From Chrysomallon squamiferum (Eukaryota; Animalia; Mollusca): a stretch of 64,000 nucleotides of DNA. The position numbers were made by a program, and so were the translations under genes. The notes under the pieces were generated by a model that searched no databases, was not told the DNA's origin, and saw nothing but the letters and a program-made list of their open reading frames with translations. The stretch covers positions 4,712,001 through 4,776,000 of the forward strand of contig CM022673.1 of the NCBI GenBank assembly GCA_012295275.1, written 5' to 3'. Below are positions 12,795 to 27,711 of this stretch, piece after piece (the stretch's first letter is position 1; the number at the start of each line of letters is the position of its first letter).

Positions 12795-14781
12795 TGTATA
12801 TGTTTATGTGTGAGTGTGTACGTGTGTGTGTGTGTGTTTTGTGTGTGTGTCTATGTATATGTGTGTGTTTACATTAAACAATTTTCTTTTAATAAACAAT
12901 TTCGTTTAATTCTTACGAAAGTATTTACTGTTTCCCTGATATTCATAAAGACGAATAAATAACAAATATGTCTTTTACTTTTGTCAGTAGAATAAAAATA
13001 ATAACATTGCAAATAAATTTTAAAATAAACAAATACAAATAATGTCCTCTTTTTTTCTTTTTTTTTTTAAATTATAAAGAATTCAGAAAATATTTAAACA
13101 TTTGAAATGTATTTAAGATAATTGGGCTTTTTATTATTTTATTTATTTATTTATTTATTATTAGATTATAGGTTTATTTACTTATTTGCTTATTTGGAAT
13201 TCTACAATTAACTGATGATTATATACTGGAAAATTTCAAAGAACTTTTTAAAATTAATACGTTAAGCTTTACATATTTCATCATCTTAATACTGTGTATG
13301 TGTATATATATATACATATAACATAAATGTTCTGTTTTCTAATATCTTCATTTAAGTTTTAAACCATTTACATCACTATACGTTCATTTATAAGCAATAA
13401 TACTGAATAGAAAATAGTGAGTTAGATAAATATTGATTAGAAATATTATTAGCCCTAACCAAAATATATACATACATATTTTAAATCGTTAATTAATTAC
13501 TTTTATTGTGCATATAAGAAAAAGAAAGTAAATGATGTTTCTTAGCTTTATTAAAAGTTTATAATGTTTACATATTTTGTTAGGTGTTTTTACTATCATT
13601 AACCATACTCAGACCATTTGTTATAGCTGAAGCTTATCAACAGGTAAAGACTAAATAATTAAAATAGTTTAATATCCAGTAAGAGTTTCATACAGTAGCT
13701 GCGTTTCTTACTACTAATATACGATTACGACAAGCCTCTTTCAACTTGTGATATGGGTGTATGCGTGCATGTGCGTGTGTAATGTGTTCATATATATGTA
13801 TGTGTTGTATAGGCTATGCCTCATTTATGCATGTATCAATGCATATATGTTGTTTTTGTATATGTGTATGTAGAGTGGAATGTTTCTGATATATGTCTCT
13901 TTAGTATCTCGTTTCTGGATGTATATATATAAAATATTACATCCTATGATACCAGGTTCATATTACATTCACGTACTTAATAATCTCAGTGTAAAAAGCC
14001 AACAACCCCTCCAAAACAAAAACTAAAAATAATAAAATAAATAAAACAAAAAAAAAAAAATCACGCAAACCCCCCCACACACAAAAACCCAGACAAAACA
14101 AACAAGAAACAACGACAACAACAACGGCAAGCAGTTACGAATAGGAATAAATAGTAAATGTCTGAACTGGCTCTCTGAATCACAAATCATCATGGAATCA
14201 AAGAATGTTTGCTGTTTGTTGTTTTTGGAGGTTTTTTGTTTGTTTGTTGTTATTGGGTTTTTATGAGCAGTTAAAACTGTTTCAAAACGTTTTAGCAGCC
14301 AGTATATTCGTCCATTACTAACCGATGCTCGTTTCAAATGAAGCAGACTTTCGACCTTAACTGAGATCTTATATACTGACGTTTTTCTTGTTCAGTTACG
14401 CTGGGTGAGGAATTCATATTACTGAATCCAAGGTATTGAAAGGATCGAAAATATCGACAGAAGCGACTCTGACATCACAGCAACACTCATCTTTTAGCGG
14501 CGTCTTTGCACGTTTTTTCGTCCTCAATTTTCGTTTTTACTCAGATTATGGTGTGAGATAAATTATTTACCGTCACATGGGAAGGTGAAGTCATCAAAAA
14601 TGTCCAAAGCGAATTCTGATCTACTGGAATCAGCTACGACAAGAACTAGAATAATATGATGTTGCCCATGTCGATGATGATACATTGTGTACAGTTAAAT
14701 AATATTTTATTAATATATTAATGTATTATTATTATTATTATTATTAAATATGTCCGCAATATAATATAATATAATATAATA

Positions 14782-14782
<1 letters not shown>

Positions 14783-14848
<66 letters not shown>
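14783..14848. repeat. (TAA)n microsatellite
   Basis: Uninterrupted ataata run. Similar (TAA)n tracts lie at ~2804-2842, 5203-5240, 27682-27711, 30424-30465 and 61889-61931. Confidence 0.95.
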
Positions 14849-14855
<7 letters not shown>

Positions 14856-14995
14856 GAATATAAAAAGCAGAGATACAGAGCACGTTTGAATAGAAAATAC
14901 AATTTATTTTACCAACGCGGTGAAAAGTCAACATTTATTTCTGTGTTGTGAGACCGAACATGGATTGTGTCCCTTGCAACCTTGTTTTCAGGGAA

Positions 14996-15003
14996 ACTTC
15001 CGG
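14996..15003 (-). promoter_or_regulatory. ETS/GABP (NRF-2)-type site in the NDUFA10 promoter
   Basis: ACTTCCGG (CCGGAAGT) about 80 bp upstream of the ATG in a CpG-retaining patch. GABP sites are typical of nuclear OXPHOS gene promoters. Confidence 0.5.
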
Positions 15004-15081
15004 TTTGTTTGGAGGTCGTTTTTGTACGGTTTAATGAAAAAGATTCTTATGTTTTGGTAGGTCGGTTGTAAACAAATTGGC

Positions 15082-18000
15082 ATGGCACTGCGTCTGCAGA
15101 AAGTTATCTGTCTGTTTAGGCCCGCGGGCTTCAGACTATCTCTTTTGGAACCATCAAAACTAAGTGCTGCAGTTGGAGTGAAATCGGGGCAGGTAGCTCA
15201 TTTGACATCAACTCACGGACAACCTGTAGAACGTCCAAAACCATGGCCTTACGAGAAAAGACCGTACAATAGTTTTTACCAGTTTATAGATCATACCCGG
15301 AAAAGGTTTGACGACAACACTAAGGTTATAGTAGTCGATGGTAATCTTGCTGTAGGGAAAACAGCGTTTGCAGAGAAAGTTGCTAAAGAATTTGATATGA
15401 AGTTCTTCCCAGATTGTGAAGATTCGGAAATTTTTATAGCCCCGTCAGGATTCGATATCAGAGAGTTGAACGAACAGTTACCTCCTGGAGCTCGATTATG
15501 CGATTTCAGTACATTTTACACGCAAAATGCGCCAAAGAGTCAGCTTGCAAAGATCGGAATGACCCAGTGTAACATGTACTATGTTCGTTTTCACAACTAT
15601 GTCCGAGCACTGGAACATCTCCTCAACACAGGTAAAAAAAACAAAAAAACAATAAATAATAAAACACTGTAAAAATGTTGATATTAAATGCTGCATAAAT
15701 CCTTGACGGTAATGTTGCATAATGATTATTAATGGATTGTCAACATTATATAATAATTATAACATATTGCATGTTGTCATAATAATGTACTTTTGATATT
15801 TATCTGAAGAAAACTGTGTTTATATATTACATTATAAATGATGTCAGTCATATATGGTAAATAAAATAAAATCTCTTTATGTCAGCTTTAAATTTAACTA
15901 TAAAGTTGATACTGATTTAAGTTAGTTAAAAGAAAAATTTGGGCCAATTAATATATGAATATTGCAACTCATACATTTAAATGGCAGTTTTGAAAGTACT
16001 TGAAAATGTAAGAAAATATTTCAATAACACAAATAAAAAAATATATATATCAATTTTGATCAGCTGTTAGAGTACATTTAGATAGTGTGGATATTAAAGA
16101 AATGTAAGTATGTTAATGTAAATTTTAATTTTGTATCATTATACTTTCAGGCCAGGGTGTGGTGATTGAACGAAGTCCGTGGAGTGATTTTATTTTTGCT
16201 GACACTCTAAAGAAGTTGGGTTACATGACACCAGCAGGTCTTTGTAATTATGAAACACAAACTTCAACACAGTAGTTTTTGAACTTCTAAAGTTGTCTTC
16301 ACAAAATATACATCTAAAATTATCTCTATATATAATTGAACTACCTCACTTTAGATTAGTATCTGTGTTTTAACATTTGTTAGATTGATTTAGTATTTAC
16401 CTTAGAGATAAATACCCATTGGCACAAACCTTTCTGACTGATTCAAATTTGAAAACATAAATGTTCCTTCAAAAATTAGATGTGTAATCAGTTTCATCAT
16501 ACCACAAAAATTATTGTTATTTTGAATTCTTCTGCAAAAAATAATTTTATTATTTGTAGAATTAAGTATACTACAAAAAAAAAAACATAAAAAAAAAAAA
16601 TTAATATTTAAAAACAACTAATAAAATCAGTTTATTTTTTATCCAGTTATATATATTGAAAAAAAAAAAAAAACAATTAACATTTATCAAAAAAAGAAAG
16701 AAATGTACTACATGCAAAATCTTTTACTTTGTATATGTGTATAAAAACTGATTTTAATATTTAAGCAAATAACATTTGTATATATGTTTTAAATCACTGT
16801 GTTAAAACCGAATTTTTCAGGACATGCTTACTACACTGAAATTCACAACAACACTGTGTGTGAGCTGTGGCAGCCTCACGTTGTCATGTACCTTGACGCC
16901 CCCATCAGCCACGTCAGGGACGCCATAAACAAGAGAAATATTGTGAGATTATAAACTGCATACTCATTAAATTAATTACTTATAAAATTACATTGTGTTA
17001 ATCAGCAGAAAACTAAAATTTGAAAAAATCAGATGTTTTTATGTTTTGAAATATCATGTTTAACAGAAGAAAAAAAATGCATATCTTATTTTTGTTTTCT
17101 CTCTGATTTATCATTATCCTTATAATTTGGTAAAGAAAATAAATAAACTGTGCTTTATTTATATATAAGTTTATTTTTATTTTTAAAATAACAGTTTCCG
17201 TTTTTGTTAAAGAGGTTGTAAAGCAAGAAATGTATTCTTTTTCAAATTGCTTCATCTTACTTAAAAAATTGTTTACACAATTTGTTTTAGCCATGGGAGG
17301 TGAACAGCAAAGTTTTGAATAATGACTTTTTACAGTCTTTGGAAAGTGTTTATAAGAAGAAGATACTTCCATATTACAGGTTGGTGTTGGATATTGCAGT
17401 GTCCACTTTCACTAATCATTCTTCATTTTGAAATAAGTTTTTCAATCAACTGTACTAAAATCTTAGTTTTAAATCATCATAGTCAGATATTGTTATTATT
17501 TACATTTTAAAACATCTGTCTTGGCCACAGAAATATTTTCAGTCAACACCAGTAATATCAATTGTTAAAACTTGAGATATGAAGATTTTGTTCAGGAATC
17601 ATTTAAACCTGGTGAAGTATTTCTGGACATAATTGCTTTATCTTCTATAAAGTATTTTACAAAACTGAGCTATTTAGTTGTGTTTATCTATTAACATTTT
17701 TTGTATGTCACATTCATGACTTGTTTTTCAGTAAATATGGTGAAGTGCTTAACTATGATCTCACAGATTTGCCTGACTGGGAAATTGTAAGTTTAATATA
17801 AATTACTCTGTGTATATAAGTTTAATATAAATTAATATATGGATATGGGGATGTGTTTGTGTATTTATTAAACAGTAATGTGTAAGTTCAATATATTAAT
17901 ATATGTGTATGTGTAATTTTAACTTAAATTAATATATGTGTGTGTGTGTAAGTTTAATATATATTGAAAGGTCTTATTGTTAATATTGTTTTGTTTATTT

Positions 18001-19738
18001 TTTTCACAACAGAAAAAAGGTATTATAATGCACGATCATTTCTGCCACTTCTGATTTCAGAAATCTTTTTTTTTCACACTGCATCTTTTAAAAATAAACT
18101 GTTTTATTCTGTGTATGTTTGCACATTATTTAATACCTATCATGTCAACAAATTTTGATAATTTTGATTACTGGTGAGTTTTCTATTGTGACCTAATGAC
18201 CATCAATAATAAAATGGCTTGACATAGCTTGAAACAAAATTCACTTACTGTTATTACTCTTTTATTTTATATAAAACAAGTCGATTGAAAGACTATTGTT
18301 TATTTTGTAAACTGTAGATAGTTGAAGAGCTTGAAGCACTGAACTTGGATCAAGTACCAGATGACGAACCTGAGAAGTTTTCAAGATGGAGTCTGGAACG
18401 AGAAGACGACTGGAACTGTTACAGGATGAGGTAAACTTTACTGTATATTTTGAATCTGTGTTTTCTTTTAATATTAAATGTGTTGGCTGTGATATTTTAA
18501 TCTTAAATTTCAACATCTTGTTCATATGTAAAATAGCTAGTTAATATTAAAATAAAATTCTTATGGAACTACATAGTTAATATTAAATTAGGTCATTTGG
18601 TTCATACAGAAATGTATATTTAATATTAAATTTAGTCACATTGTTCATGTTGAAATATTGAGTTGATATTAAATTTGTTTACATTATATTATACAAATAT
18701 GTATTAAATATTTTGTTTTACTACATTTGTTGATTTTGCTAGCACCAAACTGAATTGAACTTGGCATTTTAACATTTTTCATGTTTAATATTTCATTTAT
18801 TTATTATTCAGGTTAGTAATAACATTAACAGTAATTAACACAGAATATATAATATTCTATATGAATTATTATTGGTAAAAATATAACAAATTAATCCTGT
18901 CAAATTGCATTAATCAATGATTTTTGTAACATGGTCTCATCTGTCATATGAGTTGATTAAAGTTTTCTACAAATAATTTATTACTTTCAGTCTGGCTTCA
19001 AAATGGCAGCTCAGTGGTTTGTTCAATTTGCTGCAACCATTTGATGCTCGTGAACTGTTTGCATCAGGAGAGAACTTCATCCCATGGAAGCGAATTGTGG
19101 AAACTGTAAGTGTTATAGTCTAGTAGTATTTACCTTATAATATATATATCCACATGTGTTGAGAAGTGATTTTAATTTGTTAAATTTAGACCCTTATAAT
19201 CTGTACAAACTTATTAAAATGTAGCAACATAGGCCTGGTTTATCAAAAGACACATAGTTTGTGTACACATTTTCAGATGTTATGTTTTCATTGTAAAATT
19301 ATCTTTATGTTTTTGCAAATTAAATAAAAATAATTAATAAAAACCTTGCACAATGTCCATACTGTTTTCTGATATTTTTTCTTGTTCAGTAAAATTGATC
19401 TGAGAACACTAGATAGATATACTAGATAAAAAAGAAGAGTTAGGCATTTAGCGTGTATATTGCCACCCCAATGTGCTAAATATTTTTTTATATTTACCAG
19501 ATGTATAATAATCATAAAATGCTAAAAGTTCCAGTGGCATTTGAAGACATATTCAATATGGATATTGCTAAAAAGAAAAAATTCATCTCTGTAATAACAT
19601 AATTCATTCTAATATACATTTCATTGCTTGTATAAATAATTTCGATTGAAAATACCTCTTCTTTTTTTATAGCATCCTGAACTGATATTTTCACCTGGCT
19701 ACAATCCTGAGAAAGGAAGCACTTTGTTTAAATTATAA
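15082..19738 (+). CDS. NDUFA10: NADH dehydrogenase [ubiquinone] 1 alpha subcomplex subunit 10 (complex I 42 kDa subunit, dNK fold), 398 aa
   Basis: Exons 15082-15631, 16151-16237, 16821-16942, 17291-17379, 17732-17786, 18318-18430, 18991-19105, 19673-19738 (1197 nt, TAA). Arg-rich presequence-like N-terminus, KPWPYE, P-loop [47 protein letters not shown], C-terminal PGYNPEKG. AATAAA at 19853. Confidence 0.95.
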
Positions 19739-21558
19739 TTCTGTGAACAATTAGAACCACACCAGATGTTTTTAGGTTTTTGGTTGACAAAAGGAAAAGA
19801 AATATAATTGAGAAACAAAACAAACTGAAATATGAATAATGTCAAAAGAGTGCTGTGTTCTCAAAAAAGGAAAATAAAATGAATATCATGTACTGAATGT
19901 CGAAATGATAAAAACATTTTCTTTCTGTAATAAACTGATTGTATTGTTTGTTTTGGTGTAATGCCTGTTATAGTCTTTAAATAAAGAAATACCATAGTGT
20001 TGTATAGATTTGACATATTTAGATAATATTTTCCATAATTTATCTTCTTACTTGGAAACTTTCAGTAAAATGTTTAAAAATAAAAAATTTATCATAAGTC
20101 ACTAGTACAATGAGAAAGCTGAAAAACATTAAGATGAGAAAAACGGTAACAATAAAAGAGATAACAAATATGTGTGTGTGTGCGTATCTATTTACAGAAT
20201 TTTAAAATGAAGCTAGAGGCTTCAATCATCTGCATCTACTAGAGCCAACTTTGCATCAGTTGAACTATCAAGCAGAATTTTAGATGAAAAGCTGAATTTT
20301 ACATGTCAAGTGAAAAACACCTTTTTTTCCCCCAGCAAAACTGAGAACCACATGAATTATCCAAACATTCCACCATGTTATAAAATCTACTGATATGTCC
20401 TTGGGAAATGCTCACACTGCATATACAGTTTCCTCATTTGAAAAATAACTGTACTGGGGAAAGCTCTCTCTCTTCTGTCACCTGCACTATGGTGTCTATT
20501 ACTCAGGTGAAGTGAAATACACTAGTCTATGTGGTGACAAAAATTTGAAAGCCCTGAATATGTATACATTTAATGCAGTATATTTGTAATAAATAATAAA
20601 AAATATTTATGAAATCTTAACAATATATCTAAAAAAGAATTCATGAAATACTTAACGTTTCTCATTAAAAATATTTATTAAGGAATATTTAAATATCAAC
20701 TTGTTTAGAGAAAACTAAAGACCTATACATGCATCTTTTATTAACACATCTTATGCATTTTAAATAATTTATTGTAAAAAGTTAAAAAAGATGTCTTCTT
20801 ATCCTTTTTCAACATTCATGGCCAGTTATTCTTCAGGATACAGACATTTTGGTACTTCTTTTATCATCAATTTGGAGTAAATGAAGATAATTATCAGAAA
20901 GGCTCATGTAAAGAGAAACCAGAAGTTGTGATGTTTCAGTTGTACAACAAGTAATCTCATTATGACTGTTTGTCCAGTATGGTTTTGGTTCACAACACAC
21001 TTAAAAATTCCACAAAACTCCCATCTTCATATTTTGTATTAGCAGTGTATTGTTGGGATATATATATGCACCACTATCATCTCTGTTTTCCTTGCATTTA
21101 AATTTAGGCATTTGCTTAGGGATTTCCCAGTATAATTGTTACCAAAGTGTTGCAGGATGAATGACAATCATTGCAGAACATTGTCAACTTTATTCCTTAT
21201 AAATTATTTTATTGTAGTGAATCGATCTGAATTTTCTTTTTTTTCTGCTATTTTTTTTTTTAAACCCTTTTACTGCATAATTAAATTCCATGGTCATTTC
21301 TGTAAAGATGTTAACTGTCTAAATAGAATTCACTTTTGGACTAATATGATGTTTGGCAATTTCTGTGACATGGTGTGTGTTCACTTCTTGCAGCATAAAG
21401 AGCAGGTTTTTATTAAGGCTGTGTGGTAAATCTGCTTTCCACTGTTAATGGTGATAAAAATTTTGAGTGGATAAATCTGCTTAAAGTATTGTTAAAAAGA
21501 GTCCATACAGACTCAGATGTAACCAATGTCTGTAATTATTTCACCAGTATTTCTTTAG

Positions 21559-24175
21559 CTAGCTCATCTTTGTAAATGTTCCCTGAACAAATATCCTTGG
21601 CACACAAAGCCCTTCTTTTTTATTAACAGTTTCTCTCTGAATGTAAGCATTTTTTGTTTCACTAAATCCAGCTTCTTCCATTAAATTCCTTAGAGTTTCT
21701 GAAAAGTGATCAGAGAAAAGTTAACAATGAATTTTAATTGTATACTGATGATAAAAAACTTGTTCAATCTCAATAAAAAGTCAGTATTATTAAATTTGAA
21801 ATGCGAAAATGTTCAGAATATCAAAAATTGTTATGATTCAAATACCTGAGGAAAATTTCAAACTGAAAAATAAAAAATAAAAAGTAAACTTATTTCCACA
21901 AAGCATTGATATGTCTAAAATTTACGCTACTAACATTTTCATTTTCAAATTACCATAACAATAAATTAAATATAATGAACTAAAAAAATAATGTTATGAA
22001 TGGACTGAATGTTAGTTTATGAATAATAGCTTTCTAAGGGGATTAAAACTGACACCTATTAAAAAACATAATAGTAGCAAATTAAAATACCTAAATTAAT
22101 GTCTGCTTACCTAGTGAAAAGTAGTACGCTCTGGTACCATCCTGTCTCACGTAGAAGTTGTCAGCAAGCTTATGTCCAGGAGAAAATCTCAACATGGCGT
22201 AGTCATAGAGTCCATAGTCTCTGAATAATACACATCCTCCTGGTTTCAAAACCTGTTGTGTAGCAACGAAAGGGCAAAACTAATAAGTCAGCTTATTCCC
22301 AAAGACATGCAAAATTCACAAAACAATTTGTGTCTCATGAGGACAATGCCTCTTCACTTGGTACTGGATTCTATTCTTTCTCATGCATTAATATTCATTT
22401 TCAGAAAGTTTTTGTATTGTTTACTTTATATGTATTATTTATTATTATTTGGTTTTGTTTGTAGAAAATACTGTATGATTTCAGCATATTTTTTTGTAAA
22501 TAGATTTAGTAGTATGATTATGTAAAGCAAAGAAGTGTGTGAAAAAATAAATTTATAAACTAAAATGTAAAAATATAAAAATAAATTACCAATAAAAAAA
22601 AAAAAAAAGAAAAAAGAAAAAAACAGATTTTCATTGAACTGATCATCAGAGGGACTGGTACATTCAAGTCATGAATAGAATTTAATATTAAATAGAGAAT
22701 GAAGGAAATAATATTTACATTATATATATTTTTCAAAGCTGAAACCATTTTGTCAGGGTGGATGGCTGACAGAACAAATATCATTGAAACTACATCAACA
22801 CTGTCAGCAGGAACATTACTGCACAAATCATCTTGAGTGATGTCACAGTGGAATACAACACATCGTTCTCTGTCAAATGAAGGATGCTCCTGACAAAATT
22901 AAAAGACTACTTTTTTGTTTTATGAACACTAAACTAATTTTTACACTAAATAAATATTTATTAAAATGCCAATGATCATAGAAACAAACAGTTCATATGT
23001 TCAAGATATCTATTGCGAGTACACGAAGTCTAATAATAATTCTTTGTTATAATTTTGTGACAAATAATTATTTAAGAAACATATATATTATATATATATA
23101 TATATTTATACAAAATATAAAATAATAAATATTTTTTCTTTTTGTTTGTGTATGGTCATATTTATTTAATGGTTGGAAATGGAAAGAAATTTGTTAAAAT
23201 ATGTTGCACTCTAAAACAAGATATATGAATATAAAATTTGAAACAGATACATCTTTTGACAAAATTTAATGATGTTTGGTTACCATGGTTACCTTTACAA
23301 ACTGTACTGCTCTTTTGGAAAAATCACAGGCATAAACAAACAAACTTTTGTCTTCTTCTAGCAAAGGAAATATAAAGTTTCCAACCCCACAACCAACTTC
23401 TAGAATTTTCTTGTCTTCTTTCTGCTAAAGAAAACAGCCATTAAGTACAAGTTTCTAAACAATATTTAATTCAAAAACAGCTGGATTAATTCCTATATAA
23501 ATATCATTAAAGTAAATTTCTAATACATATTATAAAGTTTATCTAAATTTCATTTTCCATATACTATAACAATTTTCCATGTTGCATTAAAATGTTTCTA
23601 AATTTATGTTCTACAATAATAAATTATTTTGATGATAAAGATTTTGTTTTTAGTTTATCATCTGAGGAAACCATTCACACACTGATACTGATGTTTAAGA
23701 AAATTGTTATAATGAATTTGTATCAGGACACAATTATGATCAATAAAATAATGTGTCATTTGATTTTTATTTTGTTAATCTTTGTAGAAGCAATACTTAA
23801 ATAAAAAATAAGCTTAAAAATAGCAAAAAATGTATTTAAACATTTTACCTTGCTGTATTAACTTGGATTAATGTTATTCATTAATGTATAATCAAAGTTA
23901 GTTAAAGATCATCATGCTGTGGAATCTGATCTTACCTTACTATCATTAAGAAGTTCTTGGAATTCTCGAAGGGTCCAGTGTCGATCTTTAAAGAATTTTG
24001 TCGTGTTCCTTTTATAAAAAATATCCCAGTTTTTTTGTGCCTCTAGTTCTAGTTTGTTTTGTTTGAAATCAGACACCAGTTTTACATCTCTGTGTAATTT
24101 TGAAATTTCTGTCTCTGTCAAAGTGCGAGCTGTATGACTAAATGCTGACTCTGAACTTGCTTCATCCATTTTCAT
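21559..24175 (-). CDS. METTL6: tRNA N(3)-methylcytidine methyltransferase METTL6, 274 aa
   Basis: Exons 24175-23936, 23424-23293, 22889-22719, 22252-22111, 21698-21559 (825 nt, TAG). Motifs [114 protein letters not shown]. An acceptor at 24189 implies an upstream UTR exon (possible donor at 24784). Confidence 0.95.
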
Positions 24176-26101
24176 GTCAATTAGAAATCTGTATTTATAA
24201 TAAAATAAAAATAATAAAATAATAATATAATTAAAAAAAAATTAAAATTAAAATAAAAAAAGAGTAAAAGTAAAAAATAATAAAATAAAAATGTTTTACA
24301 TTTTAAAAGGGTTTGTGTGTGTGTGTCTGTGTTATTTTGTGAGGTTATTGTGATTACGGTTAATTAAATTACAGTAAATGTAATAATTATTATTTATTTA
24401 ATACTACTATTACTACTACTAATAAATTTGTGAAACGCAATAATGTCTTATCCAACAATATTAATTTGATTAAATTTTGTTTTCCATAACATTAACTGAT
24501 AATATTAATAAGAGTATTAATACGTACTTCTTACTTAAAATATATTTTACAAATCCATATATTTTACAAATTCACCAACTCCTATTCCGTATTCGAATTT
24601 TACTTATGTTACTTCACTTTAGTAGTATCTGATTTTTCCCTGTGGGTTTAAACGAATTTATACGGAATCGACGACTTCGAAATTGGGTAATACTCGGAAT
24701 AACGATACAATTGCTTAGTCAAACTTTAATGTACTATAAATCTTGTTATAATTAAAACCCAGTCATTATATGTTGAACACTCACATAAGATTGTGCGACT
24801 ATTTATATATTTTCAGCTAAAGTCTATCTGCAAGTGGGCAGATAATTCTAAAACATCCAAAGATTACACAACAGAATGTTAACTCCCATGTTAACGTGTC
24901 TGTGTTAAATTATTTGTACGATACATAAGCGCAAAACAGCATGCTAAACCAAGTAAGTTTCATTATTTATTTGAAAAGAATATGAAACGTATAGCGATAT
25001 TTTGTTATAAATCTTCTGTTGGATTCTGATTGTTGTATTAACATTAATTTTAATTTATATTTAAACAAAAGTAGGAAAAGAAAACATAGCTATTAAACAT
25101 AGCAGTGTTAATGGTCGAATAATGGTTGAATTTTTTAAAAGAATAAATTAACAGATTAAAATTTTGCAGAATCATGAGAATGGTAAAATAAAAACAAAAC
25201 AAACAAACGGTATTTAAATTACTATATTTACAGTCGTACGTACATAAAAATTACATCAAATACATTTAACGCAAGAAAATACATTACTTATTTACATCAT
25301 ACTAATTAACATTGCACAGTAATACACTTGACAGACAACACCGTGACTACATACAAAATATACACTAGAAAAATTACTTATTCCAAAAAAAAATTATCAT
25401 TGTAAGTTATAATGTTTAAGGCCTACACCATTTTATTTACTGATATTTAAAATAAAATTTTAAGGAATAAACGAAAAATAAAGTAAAATGAAAATGTTCA
25501 TTTTTATATATAACTTACATTTTCTTTGTTTTTATAATAAGCATTCACCACAAAGTAAAAAAAAAAAAAAAAAAAAAAAAATTAAAAATATTTACATTAG
25601 TTTCAAAGCAGAAATAATATTAAATAATATAGAAATAATTAGAAAAAAAACAAACAAAAATGTTAAAAAACATTTTCTGAATATTATAAACCCAATACAA
25701 ATATTAATTTTCAAATATTTAAATAGTTTTTCTGAGCTCAAAAACAGAAAGGTCCAATTGTAATATTTAATAGAAATCCAAGAATTACAATATACAACAT
25801 GTATAAAAATTCAGCCAATACAAATAAGAAAAAAGGAAAAAACAGAAGAAAACAATAAAATAATATACTTTTATACATTGTTTTTATACAGACACATAAG
25901 CATTTCTAAACTTTAAAAAAAAAAGAAGAAAGAAAAAGCAGTATTAGAGTTTAAAAACAGCAGGCTATTTATTTATATATAATAATAGTCTACACAGATG
26001 TAAACCAACTTGATTTTTCAAAAACTTATTCATTATAAATAAGCTGAATAATTTCATCTACTTTAAAAAAAACAATTTCAAATCTGTATACCACCCCCAA
26101 A

Positions 26102-26149
<48 letters not shown>

Positions 26150-27678
26150 AATATAGAAACAAAAACAACTCGGCGCCTAACAAACCAAAAACAAAACCAA
26201 AAACAACTGACAACAAAAGACTTTATAAACTTAGTAAATACAAAATGTTATTATCTATATTCTGAGTGGAATTTTACCTACATTTATTCCTAGATGAGAA
26301 ACCCATCTACTACTCCTTTTACTTCTATTAATAACCAAGTAATAATAAATAAAAACAAATATAAAAGCCCAGAAGAGCCAAATATCATTCCAATTCATCC
26401 CACAAGTAACTAAAAATAGATGTGCTTAAGGAAATGAATGTATCTTTATAATAAGGACAATTAATATAACACACATCACTCCAAAAGACCTGTTCTATCA
26501 CTATTGGACATTCAGTCACAATTGTATGAAAATGGCAGCACATTATTCCTTAAAAATGGTAACAGTATCAGTATATGAATGTGAAAACATGAAAATTACT
26601 TGGTTACAAATTCTGTGTTGAATATTAATGTTATTGTTCTAAAATGTCAAGTTTTTATAAAGGAGAAATATTTTAAAAGGCAAAGAAATAAATTCATTTA
26701 ATAAAAATAATACTAAAATTTTCAATCTTCTCCTGAAATCAGTTTTGATGGTGTATATATTTACTGCATAATTTTCAAATATTCTCTCTTCCAACATTCA
26801 TAAAAATAAAAATCTGTTAATTATATACAGTTTTGTTTTGGTCTCATTGAAAAATTCATTATTTTTATTTTAATGTAAGTTATAATGAATTTTGGTTTTT
26901 TCTTTCAAAGCCAAAACGGTTTGTAATCATGATAAGAAAAGAAAATCTTTCTATCATTCATTCATTTGCTCTCATTTTCCAATCTAAGACATTAAAATGA
27001 TATGGGAATCATTTCCTATAGATAATACATTAATATATAACTAACATAGTTTTTTACATGAATATGACAGAAAACAAATACTCTTTAATGTTTTAGTTTA
27101 ATAATAATAAAAAAAAATAAAAATAAAAATAAAAACCAGACATATATATTCTTTAGTAATTTCTTTGACAGTTCAAACTATATAAACCAAATATTTATTT
27201 AAAAAAAAAAAAAAAAAAAAAAAAAATAAAAACAAATGAAAATAAATAAACAATAAATAAACAGATCTAAAAGAAAAACCTGGAATCAAAATAACTACAT
27301 CCAGATAATGAAAAATATAAAATTATTCTATCACCAAACAGAAGATTTTTTGTTTTGTTTTTAGAATACTTAAAAAATATACACCTGTTATCTAAATTAT
27401 TTCAAATTTTTTAAAACTATAACTATTAAATGAAAAAATATATTCTTTAGAAATATTTAATTACAACAAATAAAAGCACCTTTAATTCAGTTTTCATGCA
27501 GTTAATATTTTCACTAAGCTGCTAGACATTATTATTATTATGTTAAATGTATGTACAAATTTCAAATCTCCAACTGAGAGTTCTCAAAATTTAAAAGAAA
27601 TTATAAAGATTTACTAAAATTACTCAAGTTTATTCAATAATGACAATAAAAAAAAAAAATATAAATAAATAATAAAAA

Positions 27679-27711
<33 letters not shown>

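Noticed and set aside
21600-21660. Suspected frameshift in the last METTL6 exon at A-runs
   Set aside because: Recounting the homopolymers gives an intact frame ([27 protein letters not shown]).
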